From positions 1 through 40,776 of the forward strand of contig JBGPXN010000023.1 in the NCBI GenBank assembly GCA_041492755.1: a stretch of DNA of 40,776 bases, given 5' to 3'. Positions 1 through 9,264 of this stretch are shown piece by piece. Below the pieces are notes generated by a model. It saw nothing but the letters and a program-made list of their open reading frames with translations, searched no databases and was not told the DNA's origin. This stretch comes from Candidatus Methylomirabilia bacterium. Lineage in GTDB: Bacteria; Methylomirabilota; Methylomirabilia; Rokubacteriales; CSP1-6. Numbering within the stretch: position 1 is the stretch's first letter; each line of letters begins with the position of its first letter. The translations under genes were made by a program, and so were the position numbers.

Positions 1-294
1 GAGCGCGCCGACCACGCCGAGGTTGCCTTCCACCACGATGCGCGCGGTCACCCCGCACGCGCGGGCGATCTGCTCGATCACGAGCACGACGTCGATCACG
101 GGCCGGCCGCCGCCCCCCTGCTCGGCCGGAATCGTCATGCCCATGAAGCCGGCCGCGACGAGGTCCGGCACGTTGTCCCACGGGTACTCCTCGCGCTCGT
201 CCCAGCGTGCCGCCCGCTCGGCGAAGACGTCGTCGGCCAGCTTGCGGGCGCGGGCCTGGAGGTCCTTCTGGCTCGGCGTCAGCTCGAAGTCCAT
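1..294 (-). CDS. Acyl-CoA dehydrogenase, N-terminal part (runs off window edge)
   Basis: Manual translation MDFELTPSQKDLQARARKLADDVFAERAARWDEREEYPWDNVPDLVAAGFMGMTIPAEQGGGG, a typical ACAD N-terminus. ATG at 294 lies 10 bp after the lpdA stop. Not in the ORF track because it is incomplete. Confidence 0.85.
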   Translation of the reverse strand, partial: MDFELTPSQKDLQARARKLADDVFAERAARWDEREEYPWDNVPDLVAAGFMGMTIPAEQGGGGRPVIDVVLVIEQIARACGVTARIVVEGNLGVVGAL

Positions 295-304
295 GGGGCG
301 CCCC

Positions 305-1687
305 TCAGATGTGGATCGCCTGCCCGAGCGCGGCCAGGGTTGCTTCCAACGCGGCCTCGGACAGCGTCGGGTGCGCGTGGATGGTGTGCATGATCTCTTC
401 GAGCGTCGCCTCGAGCGTCCGGCCCACCGCGAACTCGTGGATGATCTCGGTCGCGTCGGGACCCAGGATGTGGACGCCGAGAATCTCGCCGCTCGCCTTG
501 TCGGCCACGACCTTGACGAAACCCTCGGTGTCGCCGAGCGCGACCGCCTTGCCGCTGGCCGTGAACGGGAACTTTCCGACGGTGATCTCGCGCCCGGTCT
601 CGCGCGCGCGCGCCTCGCTCAGCCCGATCGACGCGATCTGCGGGCGACAGTACGTGCAGGACGGCACGTTCGTGTAGTCGATGGGGCGGGCGTCGCGGCC
701 GGCGATGGTCTCGGCGGCCAGGACGCCCTCGGCCATCGCCTTGTGCGCCAGCAGCGGCGCTCCCGCCATGTCACCGATCGCGTAGACGCCCTTGAGCGAC
801 GTCTCCATCCGCGGCGACACCTTCACGAACCCGCGCTCGACGGCGACGCCCAGCGCCTCCAGTCCCACGCTCTTGAGCTTGGCCGCGCGTCCCACCGCCA
901 TCAGCACCTGCTCGGCCTCGAGCCGACCGCCGTCCGTCTCCACCGTCACCCCCGCGGCCCCCGTCGTGACCCGCGTGACTTTCACCCCGGCGCGCACCCC
1001 GATCTTCCGGCGTCCGAAGCTGCGGGCGAGCTGAGTCGAGATCTCCTCGTCCTCGATAGGAACGATCCGCGGCAGCGCTTCGAGCAGCGTGACCTCGCTC
1101 CCGTACGACGCGTAGATGTCCGCAAACTCCACGCCGACCGCGCCCGCCCCGATCACGATGATCGAGCGCGGCCGCGCCTCCTGCCGCACCGCCCCGTTGG
1201 ACGAGATCACTCGCTGCTCGTCGATCGCCACCCCGGGCAGCGACTTCGGCTCCGACCCGGTGGCGAGAATCACCGCTCGACCCTCCAGCGTCTCGTGGCC
1301 GCTCTGTCCGGTGACCTCGACCCGCGTCGGCGCGGCCAGAACGCCCCGGCCCGGGAACAGCCGGATCTTGTTCTTGCGGAACAGGAATTCGACCCCCTTC
1401 GCCATCCGATCGGCAACGCCCCGGCTCCGCTTCACCGCCTCCGCATAGTCCGCCCGCACTTCCCCGACCCGAATCCCGAACTCCCCCGCCCGCTCGACCA
1501 GGTGGAGCACCTCGGCATTGCGGAGCAACGCCTTGGTCGGAATACACCCCCAGTTGAGACACACGCCCCCCGGTCGGTCATCCTCCACCGCGGCAACGGA
1601 CAGCCCGAGCTGCGCACACCGAATCGCGGCGACATATCCCCCGGGTCCCGTGCCCACCACGACGACGTCGAACGTGTGCGTGCTCAT
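305..1687 (-). CDS. lpdA: Dihydrolipoyl dehydrogenase (E3)
   Basis: GTGPGGYVAAIR FAD motif, GGVCLNWGCIPTK redox disulfide, HAHPTLSE. Start reassigned to MSTHTFDV at 1687. Confidence 0.95.
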   Translation of the reverse strand: MSTHTFDVVVVGTGPGGYVAAIRCAQLGLSVAAVEDDRPGGVCLNWGCIPTKALLRNAEVLHLVERAGEFGIRVGEVRADYAEAVKRSRGVADRMAKGVEFLFRKNKIRLFPGRGVLAAPTRVEVTGQSGHETLEGRAVILATGSEPKSLPGVAIDEQRVISSNGAVRQEARPRSIIVIGAGAVGVEFADIYASYGSEVTLLEALPRIVPIEDEEISTQLARSFGRRKIGVRAGVKVTRVTTGAAGVTVETDGGRLEAEQVLMAVGRAAKLKSVGLEALGVAVERGFVKVSPRMETSLKGVYAIGDMAGAPLLAHKAMAEGVLAAETIAGRDARPIDYTNVPSCTYCRPQIASIGLSEARARETGREITVGKFPFTASGKAVALGDTEGFVKVVADKASGEILGVHILGPDATEIIHEFAVGRTLEATLEEIMHTIHAHPTLSEAALEATLAALGQAIHI

Positions 1688-1840
1688 GATCCGACTGTCG
1701 ATGCGCGCCCGCCGCGCGCTGGATGCCGCGGAGTCGCCGGGAGGATGCTCGGGGTGATGGGGGGCGCGAGGACCGCCCCCGGCCGCTTCCGGCGGCAGGC
1801 CCCGCGCGATCGGTCCCTCCAACCGCACGAGCGCACGGCG

Positions 1841-3079
1841 TTACACCAGGAGCCGGAGCGGCTCTTCCAGCAAGCGTTTCACGTCCTGAAGGAAGCGTGC
1901 GCCCATCGCGCCGTCCATGACGCGATGATCACACGACAGCGTGAGCGCCATGAGACGCCCAACCGCGAGGCCATCGCCTTCGACCACGGGCATCCGTCGC
2001 ACGGAGCCGACGGCGAGAATCGCGCCCTCGGGCGGATTGATGATCGCCGAGAACGCCGCGACGTCGAACATGCCGAGGTTCGAGATGGAGAACGTCGCGC
2101 CGGACATCTCGGCCGCCCTCAGCTTGCGGCCGCGCGCGCGCTCGGCGAGGTCGCGCGACTCCGCCGCGATCTGGGCCAGCGATTTGGCGTGGCAGTCGCG
2201 CAGCACCGGGGTGATCAGGCCGTCGTCGAGGGCGACGGCGATGCCGATGTGGGCGCGGTGATGACGGCGGATCGTGTCGCCCTGGAACGACGCGTTGACG
2301 CCGGGATGCTCGAGCAGGGCCCGCGCGCAGGCACGGAGCACCAGATCGTTGGGCGAGATCTTCGGCTGGCCCTCGAGCGAGTTCAGCTCCTCGCGGAGCG
2401 CCCACGCCCGATCCATCGCCACTTCGCTCGTGACGTAGAAGTGGGGCACGGGCGCCTTCGACAGCGGCATCCGCTTGGCGATGATCGCCCGCGTCTGGGT
2501 GAGCGGCACGTCCTCCCACTCGGGTCCCCCGGCGGCCGCGGCCGCCGGGCGCGCCGCCGGCACCGGGGCCGCGGTCTCGACGTCGCGTCGAATGATGCGC
2601 CCCCCCGGTCCGCTCCCCTGGATGAGTCGCAGATCGACGCCGGACTGCGCGGCGATCTTGCGGGCCAGCGGTGACGCCTTCACGCGCGCCGGCGGGCCGG
2701 CCGCGGCCGGAACCAGGGCGGCCGGCCCGGCCGGCCGGGGGGGCGCGGCCGGAGCCGATGGCACACTCGCGGCCCCCGAGGTCGGAGCGGTGGCGGCCGG
2801 CGCCGGCGCGCTGGCGATCACGGAGGCGATGTCCTCGCTCGGTTCGGCGATCACCGCGAGCAAGGCGCCCACCGGGGCCCGCTCGCCGGCAGGCACGAGG
2901 ACCTTGCGCAGCACGCCCGCGCCGAACGCCTCCATCTCGACGTCGGCCTTGTCGGTCTCGATCTCGGCGAGGATGTCGCCGCCCTGGATGCGATCACCCT
3001 CCTGCTTGAGCCACTTGATGACTTTGCCCGTCTCCATCGCCTCGGAGAGCTTGGGCATCACCACCTTGCTCACGGCCAT
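1841..3079 (-). CDS. pdhC: Pyruvate dehydrogenase E2, dihydrolipoamide acetyltransferase
   Basis: Single lipoyl domain (ETDKA), ASPLARKIA subunit-binding domain, DHRVMDG catalytic motif. Confidence 0.93.
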   Translation of the reverse strand: MAVSKVVMPKLSEAMETGKVIKWLKQEGDRIQGGDILAEIETDKADVEMEAFGAGVLRKVLVPAGERAPVGALLAVIAEPSEDIASVIASAPAPAATAPTSGAASVPSAPAAPPRPAGPAALVPAAAGPPARVKASPLARKIAAQSGVDLRLIQGSGPGGRIIRRDVETAAPVPAARPAAAAAGGPEWEDVPLTQTRAIIAKRMPLSKAPVPHFYVTSEVAMDRAWALREELNSLEGQPKISPNDLVLRACARALLEHPGVNASFQGDTIRRHHRAHIGIAVALDDGLITPVLRDCHAKSLAQIAAESRDLAERARGRKLRAAEMSGATFSISNLGMFDVAAFSAIINPPEGAILAVGSVRRMPVVEGDGLAVGRLMALTLSCDHRVMDGAMGARFLQDVKRLLEEPLRLLV

Positions 3080-3082
3080 CGC

Positions 3083-4075
3083 TCAGCGAGCTCCGTTGGC
3101 GTAGCAGACCTTGCGGATGGCGTCGATGATCTTTTCCTTCGAGGGCAGCTTGGCCTTCTCGAGGTTCTTCGCGTAGGGCATGGGCGCCTCCGCGCCGTGC
3201 ACGCGCACCACCGGCGCGTCGAGGTCGTCGAAGGCCTGCTCGGTGATGAAGGCGGCGATCTCCGATCCCATCCCCGCGAAGCCGGCGCCCGCCTCCACGA
3301 CCACGGCGCGATGGGTCTTCCGGACCGAGCCGATGATGGTCGCCTCGTCCATGGGCCGGAGCGTGCGGGGATCGACGATCTCCACCGAGATCCCCTCCTT
3401 GTCGAGCTCCTCGGCGGCTTCCATGGCCCGGTACATCATGCCCATGTAGGCGATCACGGTGACGTCGCGGCCGTCGCGGCGCACCACCGCCTGCCCGAGG
3501 GGAATGACGAAGTCCGGATCCTCGGAGACCTCGCCCTTCACCGGATAGAGCGTCTCCGACTCGATGAAGACCACGGGGTTCTCGTCGCGAATGGCCGCCT
3601 TGAGGAGCCCCTTGGCGTCCATGGGCGTGGAGGGGCGAACGACCTTGAGCCCGGGCACGTGATAGAAGTACACCTCCATCGACTGCGAGTGCTGGGCGGC
3701 GAGCTGGTGCGCGGGCCCGCCGGGGCCGCGGATCACGATGGGGACGTTGAACTGACCGCCGGACATGTAGTTCAGCTTCGCCGCCGCGTTCACGATCTGA
3801 TCGAGCGCGAGCAGCGCGAAGTTGAACGTCATCATCTCCACGACCGGGCGCAGGCCCACCATGGCGGCGCCGATGCCGACGCCGGTGAAGCCCGATTCCG
3901 CGATGGGCGTGTCCACGATGCGCCGCGGCCCGAACTCCTTGAGCAGTCCCTGGGTCACCTTGTAGGCGCCCTCGTAGAGCCCGACTTCCTCGCCGATGAC
4001 GAACACGCGGTCGTCGCGCCGCAGCTCCTCGCGCAGGGCGAGGTTGAGCGCTTCGCGATAGGTCATCACCGCCAC
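3083..4075 (-). CDS. pdhB: Pyruvate dehydrogenase E1 beta
   Basis: DTPIAESGF, AAQHSQ, PMPYAKNLE motifs; GTG start. Confidence 0.93.
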   Translation of the reverse strand: MAVMTYREALNLALREELRRDDRVFVIGEEVGLYEGAYKVTQGLLKEFGPRRIVDTPIAESGFTGVGIGAAMVGLRPVVEMMTFNFALLALDQIVNAAAKLNYMSGGQFNVPIVIRGPGGPAHQLAAQHSQSMEVYFYHVPGLKVVRPSTPMDAKGLLKAAIRDENPVVFIESETLYPVKGEVSEDPDFVIPLGQAVVRRDGRDVTVIAYMGMMYRAMEAAEELDKEGISVEIVDPRTLRPMDEATIIGSVRKTHRAVVVEAGAGFAGMGSEIAAFITEQAFDDLDAPVVRVHGAEAPMPYAKNLEKAKLPSKEKIIDAIRKVCYANGAR

Positions 4076-4076
4076 C

Positions 4077-5120
4077 TCAGCGCCCTCCGAGCCCGAGGGG
4101 ATCCTCGTCCCGGTAGATGTCGGTGAGGAGCCATTCCGCGGGCGGCTCCGGCGAGCGGTCGGCGAACTCGACCGCCTCGTCGGCCAGGTCGTTGACGTCC
4201 TTTTCGATGGCCCGGACGTCGTCTTCGGTGAGCACGCCGCTCTCCAGCATCCGCGTCCGGAACAGGACGATCGGGTCGCGAAGCTTCTCGCGCTCGACTT
4301 CCTCCTTGGTCCGGTAGACCGCGCCCGCCGGGTCGCGCATGGAGTGGCCGCGGAACCGGTACGTCCGGGCTTCGAGCAGCGTCGGCATCTTGTCCTTCCG
4401 CGCCCGCTCCACCGCCCGCGTCGCCGCCTCGCGCACGGCGAGCACGTCCATCCCGTCGACCGCCTCGCTGGGGATGCCGTAGGACTGGCCGAACTTCCAG
4501 ATCTCCGTCTGGGCCAGCGCGCGCTCCACCGACGTGCCCATCGCGTACCGGTTGTTCTCGCAGACCCAGAGCACCGGCAGCTTCCACAGCGCGGACAGAT
4601 TCATCGCCTCGTGGAACTCGCCCTCGGGCACGGCGCCGTCACCGAAGTAGCAGACGATGACCTGGTCTCCGTCCCGGTAGTTGATCGCGAACCCCACGCC
4701 CGCGGCCAGCGGCAGGTGCGCGCCGACGATGGCGTGACCGCCGAGGAATCGGCGGCTGGCGTCGAACAGGTGCATGGACCCGCCCTTGCCCTTGCACAGC
4801 CCATCGCGCCGGCCGAACAGCTCGGCCATCACCCGACGCGGGTCGGAGCCCTTGGCCAGGCAATGGCCGTGCTCTCGGTAGGTCGAGATCGCGTAGTCGT
4901 CGTCGCGCAGCGCGGAGGTCACCCCCACCGCCACCGCTTCCTCGCCGATCGACAGGTGCAGGAAGCCACCGATCTTGCCGAGGGCGTAAGCCTCGGCGGC
5001 CTTCTCCTCGAAGCGGCGGATGAGCATCATTTGCATCAGCAGCCGGGCGGCGAGGTCGGCGTCGAGTAGGGCCGTTCCTGAAGCTGCCGCCGACGGCATG
5101 GTCGCTTTCCGAACCATCAT
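4077..5120 (-). CDS. pdhA: Pyruvate dehydrogenase E1 alpha
   Basis: GFLHL, GKGGSMH, GDGA...ENN ThDP motif, YRFRGHSM. Start placed at 5120 after an AGGAGAGG RBS. Confidence 0.93.
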   Translation of the reverse strand: MMVRKATMPSAAASGTALLDADLAARLLMQMMLIRRFEEKAAEAYALGKIGGFLHLSIGEEAVAVGVTSALRDDDYAISTYREHGHCLAKGSDPRRVMAELFGRRDGLCKGKGGSMHLFDASRRFLGGHAIVGAHLPLAAGVGFAINYRDGDQVIVCYFGDGAVPEGEFHEAMNLSALWKLPVLWVCENNRYAMGTSVERALAQTEIWKFGQSYGIPSEAVDGMDVLAVREAATRAVERARKDKMPTLLEARTYRFRGHSMRDPAGAVYRTKEEVEREKLRDPIVLFRTRMLESGVLTEDDVRAIEKDVNDLADEAVEFADRSPEPPAEWLLTDIYRDEDPLGLGGR

Positions 5121-5160
5121 TCCTCTCCTGCTGGAAGGTCTCGAGCCGGCCTCGTGGCCG

Positions 5161-5463
5161 CTACCAGCGCATCGCACTGAGATCGTCGACGGACAGCCGC
5201 TGCCGGACACGGAAGATGACCACGATGATGGCCAGCCCTACCGCCACCTCGGCGGCCGCCACCGCCATCACGAAGAATACCAGCGCCTGGCCGTCCAGGC
5301 TCCCGTGGCGGCGGCCGAAGGCGACGAGGGCCAGGTTGGCGGCGTTCAGCGCCAGCTCGACGGACATGAAGATGACGAGGGGATTGCGGCGGACGAGCAC
5401 GCCCAGGACGCCGATGCAGAACAGGATCGCGGACAGCGCGACGTAGTAGGACTCGGGCACCAT
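5161..5463 (-). CDS. nuoK: NADH-quinone oxidoreductase subunit K
   Basis: 100 aa, hydrophobic; ELALNAANL and [10 protein letters not shown] motifs. Confidence 0.93.
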   Translation of the reverse strand: MVPESYYVALSAILFCIGVLGVLVRRNPLVIFMSVELALNAANLALVAFGRRHGSLDGQALVFFVMAVAAAEVAVGLAIIVVIFRVRQRLSVDDLSAMRW

Positions 5464-5466
5464 CGC

Positions 5467-6003
5467 TCAGGCCCGCCGCCGGGCGAGGAGGAGCACGCCG
5501 ACCATCGCGGCGAGGAGGAGCACGGACGTCAGCTCGAACGGCAGCAGGTAGTCGGTGAAGATGATCCGGCCGAGCGCTTCCACACTGCCGGCGGCGGCCG
5601 GGATGCTCGCGGCGGCGGGGCTGCCCGCGACCGGCGGCGAAACCGCCGCGCGGGGCGCCGACCCCACGCGGGCCAGCAGCACGATGATCACTTCGAGGAA
5701 GAGGACGCCCGCCACCGGAAGCGCCAGCATGCGGTAGGCGCGGCGCGGATCCGGCCCCGTCTCCTCTTTGCCCGGGATCAGGACCATGATCGCGAACACG
5801 AAGAGCACCATGATGGCGCCGGCATACACGATGATCTGGGCGGCGGCCAGGAACTCCGCGCCCAGCATCAGGTAGAGCGCGGCGATGCTGCCGAGATTCA
5901 CCACCAGGAACAGCGCGCCGTGGATCGCGTTCTTCTTGAGGACCAGTCCGAGCGCGGCGCCCAGGGCCAGGGCGGCGATCAGGAAGAACGCCACGTACGA
6001 CAT
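5467..6003 (-). CDS. nuoJ: NADH-quinone oxidoreductase subunit J
   Basis: AQIIVYAGAIMVLFVF and YLLPFELTSVLLL motifs. Start MSYVAFF at 6003 overlaps the nuoI stop. Confidence 0.92.
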   Translation of the reverse strand: MSYVAFFLIAALALGAALGLVLKKNAIHGALFLVVNLGSIAALYLMLGAEFLAAAQIIVYAGAIMVLFVFAIMVLIPGKEETGPDPRRAYRMLALPVAGVLFLEVIIVLLARVGSAPRAAVSPPVAGSPAAASIPAAAGSVEALGRIIFTDYLLPFELTSVLLLAAMVGVLLLARRRA

Positions 6004-6542
6004 CAGATGTTCCGGGTGGCCGGGATCGGCACCGGCGACGTCGGCCGCCCGTCGGCGCCGGCGGCCTCGAGCGAGAGCAGCGTCTCCTTCGTGTAGATCA
6101 TGCCGCCTCGGCTGTAGGACGAGAACTCCAGGATGCCGGTGTCCATGCGGATGGCGTCCTCGGGGCACGCTTCCACGCAATAACCGCAGAACACGCACTT
6201 GCCCAGGTCGATGTCGAAGCGCTCGGGGACCTTCTCGATCTCCGGATTCGGATGCTCGGTGGCGACGATGTAGATGCAGTGGGCCGGGCACACCGTCTCG
6301 CACATCATGCAGGCCACGCAGCGCGGCGAGCCGTCCTCCCGCCGGACCAGACGATGCAGGCTCCGGAGCCGCGGCGAGTAGCGCCGCCGCTCCTCAGGAT
6401 ACTGAATGGTCACGGAACCCCGGGCCGTCTTGCTCCCCAGGGAGTGGGCGATGTGACGGCCCATGTTCACGAAGAAGTGCCGCGAGGTGAGGATGAGCCC
6501 GGACACCACCTCTCTGAGATAGAACTTCTGGACGAGGTTCAT
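6003..6542 (-). CDS. nuoI: NADH-quinone oxidoreductase subunit I
   Basis: TIQYPEE; two CxxCxxCxxxCP 4Fe-4S motifs. Confidence 0.93.
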   Translation of the reverse strand: MNLVQKFYLREVVSGLILTSRHFFVNMGRHIAHSLGSKTARGSVTIQYPEERRRYSPRLRSLHRLVRREDGSPRCVACMMCETVCPAHCIYIVATEHPNPEIEKVPERFDIDLGKCVFCGYCVEACPEDAIRMDTGILEFSSYSRGGMIYTKETLLSLEAAGADGRPTSPVPIPATRNI

Positions 6543-6561
6543 CGCGTCCTCCGGAGCTCGT

Positions 6562-7653
6562 TCACTTCGTCACCAGCATCAGCACCAACCCCGTGAGCAC
6601 GATGTTGAGGATGGAGAGGGGGAACAGTCCCAGCCACCCGAGGCGCATGGCCTGATCGTAGCGGAATCGCGGCAGCGTCCACCGGATCAGCATCAGCAGG
6701 AAGACCGTGACCACGACCTTCAGGATGAAGGTTCCCACCTGAAGGGGCACGACGACGAGGTGGGGCAACGGCCACTCCGCCCCCCAGGGGAACCGGAAGC
6801 CCTCGGCGAAGAGGTACGGGACCTGCCAGCCGCCGAGGAAGAGGGCGGTGATCATCCCCCCGATGGTCACCGTCTCCAGGAAGTCGGACATGGCGAACAT
6901 GCCGAACTTCATCCCGCTGTATTCCAAGAAGTACCCGATGATCTCCGACTCGCCCTCGGGTGTGTCGAAAGGCACGCGCTTGGTGGAGGCGAGGCCGGCG
7001 GTCACGAAGATCAGGAAGGCGAGCGGCTGGGTGATGATGCCCCACTTGGGGATCCAGCCGCCGAGGAGGACCCCCTGCCCGCGCACGATCTCCATCATGT
7101 TGAGCGATCCGTAGACCATGATAACGCCCATGATCGAGGCGCCGATGGCGACTTCCGCCGAGATCATCAGCGCGGCCGCCCGCTGCCCACCCAGCAGCGC
7201 GTAGTTGTTGGCGGAGGCCCACCCCGCCATCATCACGCCGTAGACGCCGAGCGACAGCATCGCGAACACGTAGAGCACGCCCACGTTGAGCGTGATCGCC
7301 TGCAGCGGGATCTCGCGGCCGGCTACTCGTAGCGTGTCCCCAAATGGGATGGCCGCGAAGGCGACGAGGGCGAAGAACACCGACACGAACGGCGCCAGCG
7401 AGAACAGGAACCGGTCGGCCCGCGCCGGACGGAAGTCCTCCTTGGTCAGCATCTTGATCGCGTCGGCGAGCAGGTGGAACAGGCCGAAGAGCTTGAGGCC
7501 GAAGATCGACGCGCGGTTGGGGCCGATGCGGTCCTGCATGATCGCCGACTGCTTGCGCTCGACCCAGGTCAGGATGCCGCCCAGGTTGAGCACGAACATG
7601 ATGACGAAGACCACCCGGGCGAAGCCGATGCCGAGGTCGGCGACCAGGCTCAC
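6562..7653 (-). CDS. nuoH: NADH-quinone oxidoreductase subunit H
   Basis: ERK...QDRIGPN, PFDTPEGESE, PRFRYDQ motifs. Confidence 0.94.
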   Translation of the reverse strand: MSLVADLGIGFARVVFVIMFVLNLGGILTWVERKQSAIMQDRIGPNRASIFGLKLFGLFHLLADAIKMLTKEDFRPARADRFLFSLAPFVSVFFALVAFAAIPFGDTLRVAGREIPLQAITLNVGVLYVFAMLSLGVYGVMMAGWASANNYALLGGQRAAALMISAEVAIGASIMGVIMVYGSLNMMEIVRGQGVLLGGWIPKWGIITQPLAFLIFVTAGLASTKRVPFDTPEGESEIIGYFLEYSGMKFGMFAMSDFLETVTIGGMITALFLGGWQVPYLFAEGFRFPWGAEWPLPHLVVVPLQVGTFILKVVVTVFLLMLIRWTLPRFRYDQAMRLGWLGLFPLSILNIVLTGLVLMLVTK

Positions 7654-9254
7654 CGGCGCACCGCCTGCTCGACGTCGGCCATCTGTCCCGTGTCACCCAC
7701 GCTGCGATACGTCATCCCCGCGAAGGCGGGAACGCCGCGGACCGCCTCGGCGAACCACTGCTCGGCGCGCGCCGGGATCGGCGTGTCCCCCATCGCGGCG
7801 AGCACGCGGCCCACCAAGTCCCATTCGGGCAGCGCGCTGGCGAGCGGATCGAGCGCGGCGCGGAAGCGCTGCACCCGTCCCTGGAAGTTGGTGAACGTGC
7901 CTTCGCGCTCGACCCAGGCCGCCGCGGGCAGCACGAGGTGAGCGACCGCGCTGGTGCGGTTGGCGTTGGTCCCGGTCCAGATCACGGTGGTGATCCCGCG
8001 CAGCGCCGCTTCCACCTCCGCCTCCGGCCACGCGCTGTCGAAAAGATCGTGGTCGAAGACCCAGAGGCAGCGCAGCCGGCCCCCGCGGGCGGCGGCCAGG
8101 ACGGCCGCAGTGTCGCCGTCGAGACCGATGAGCTCGGCGCCGCGGGTGTTCGGATTCTTGTCGGCGCGGATCAGGAAGTCGTCCTCGTACCCGGCGGTCC
8201 GCGGCGGCACCCGGAATCCCACGTGGCGGAGGCCGCGCCGTTCAGCCAGACGGCGGACGGCGGCGAGGTCCTCGTTGGCCATCTTCGGCGACGCGATGAT
8301 CCCGATCTCGTCCGCGTTGTGGCGACCGAGCAGGTCCGTGATCGCGGCGACCGCCTCGTCCCAGTCGATCTCGACCTCGCGGTCCCCTTCGCGCCGGGTG
8401 GGGACCTTCACCCGGTTCGCCTCGTCCACGAAGCCGAAGCCGTAGCGCCCCTCGTCGCAGAGCCACCAGTGGTTGACCTCGGCGTTGAAGCGCGGCTTGA
8501 GCCGCGCCACCCGGCGGCCGTGGGCGTGGTGCATCCGCCGCCGGTTGACGTGGACGTCGATGTTGCAGCCGCGCGCGCACCCGGTGCAGATCGACTTCGC
8601 GGTGTCCAGGTACCAGACCCGGACCTGGAAGCGGAAGTCGCGGTCGGTGAGCGCGCCCACCGGGCAGATGTCGACGACGTTGGCGGAGTACTTGTTGGTG
8701 AGGTCCTGGCCCGGGAACAAGCCGATCTCCGAGTGATCCCCCCGGTTGAAGATCCCGAGCTCCCCGGTGTGGGTGATCTCGTCGCAGAAGCGCACGCAGC
8801 GCGAGCACAGGATGCAGCGCTCGGCGTCGAGCATGACGTGCGGCCCCAGCGGCACCGCCTTGGGCTTGTGGACCTTCTCGTCGGTCATGCGCGAGTCGTA
8901 GAGACCGTGGCGCATGTAGTAGATCTGCAGCCAGCACTCGCCGGCCTGGTCGCACACCGGGCAGTCGAGCGGATGGTTCACCAGGTGGAATTCCATGATG
9001 GAGCGCCGGGTGTCGACCACTCGCTCCGACTCCGTATGAACCACCATGCCCTCGGCCGCCTGGGTGTTGCACCCGATCTGCAGCTTCGGGTTCTTCTCGA
9101 TCTCCACCATGCACAGCCGGCACTGGCCCGCGATGGACAGGCCCGGGTGATAGCAGTAGTGGGGCACTTCCGCACCGGCCTGGTGCGCCGCCTCCACGAG
9201 GTTGGTGCCCGGTGCGACCTCGATCTCCTTGCCGTTGATCGTGAGTTTCAGCAT
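7650..9254 (-). CDS. nuoG: NADH-quinone oxidoreductase subunit G (short form, 534 aa)
   Basis: CYHPGLSIAGQCRLC, HPLDCPVCDQAGEC, CILCSRCVRFC, CPVGAL and CTGCARGC Fe-S motifs. Confidence 0.92.
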   Translation of the reverse strand: MLKLTINGKEIEVAPGTNLVEAAHQAGAEVPHYCYHPGLSIAGQCRLCMVEIEKNPKLQIGCNTQAAEGMVVHTESERVVDTRRSIMEFHLVNHPLDCPVCDQAGECWLQIYYMRHGLYDSRMTDEKVHKPKAVPLGPHVMLDAERCILCSRCVRFCDEITHTGELGIFNRGDHSEIGLFPGQDLTNKYSANVVDICPVGALTDRDFRFQVRVWYLDTAKSICTGCARGCNIDVHVNRRRMHHAHGRRVARLKPRFNAEVNHWWLCDEGRYGFGFVDEANRVKVPTRREGDREVEIDWDEAVAAITDLLGRHNADEIGIIASPKMANEDLAAVRRLAERRGLRHVGFRVPPRTAGYEDDFLIRADKNPNTRGAELIGLDGDTAAVLAAARGGRLRCLWVFDHDLFDSAWPEAEVEAALRGITTVIWTGTNANRTSAVAHLVLPAAAWVEREGTFTNFQGRVQRFRAALDPLASALPEWDLVGRVLAAMGDTPIPARAEQWFAEAVRGVPAFAGMTYRSVGDTGQMADVEQAVRR

Positions 9255-9264
9255 TCCCCCGGCC

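Noticed and set aside
23..2674. 883-aa plus-strand ORF
   Set aside because: Antisense shadow of lpdA/pdhC caused by high-GC codon bias; no recognisable domain.
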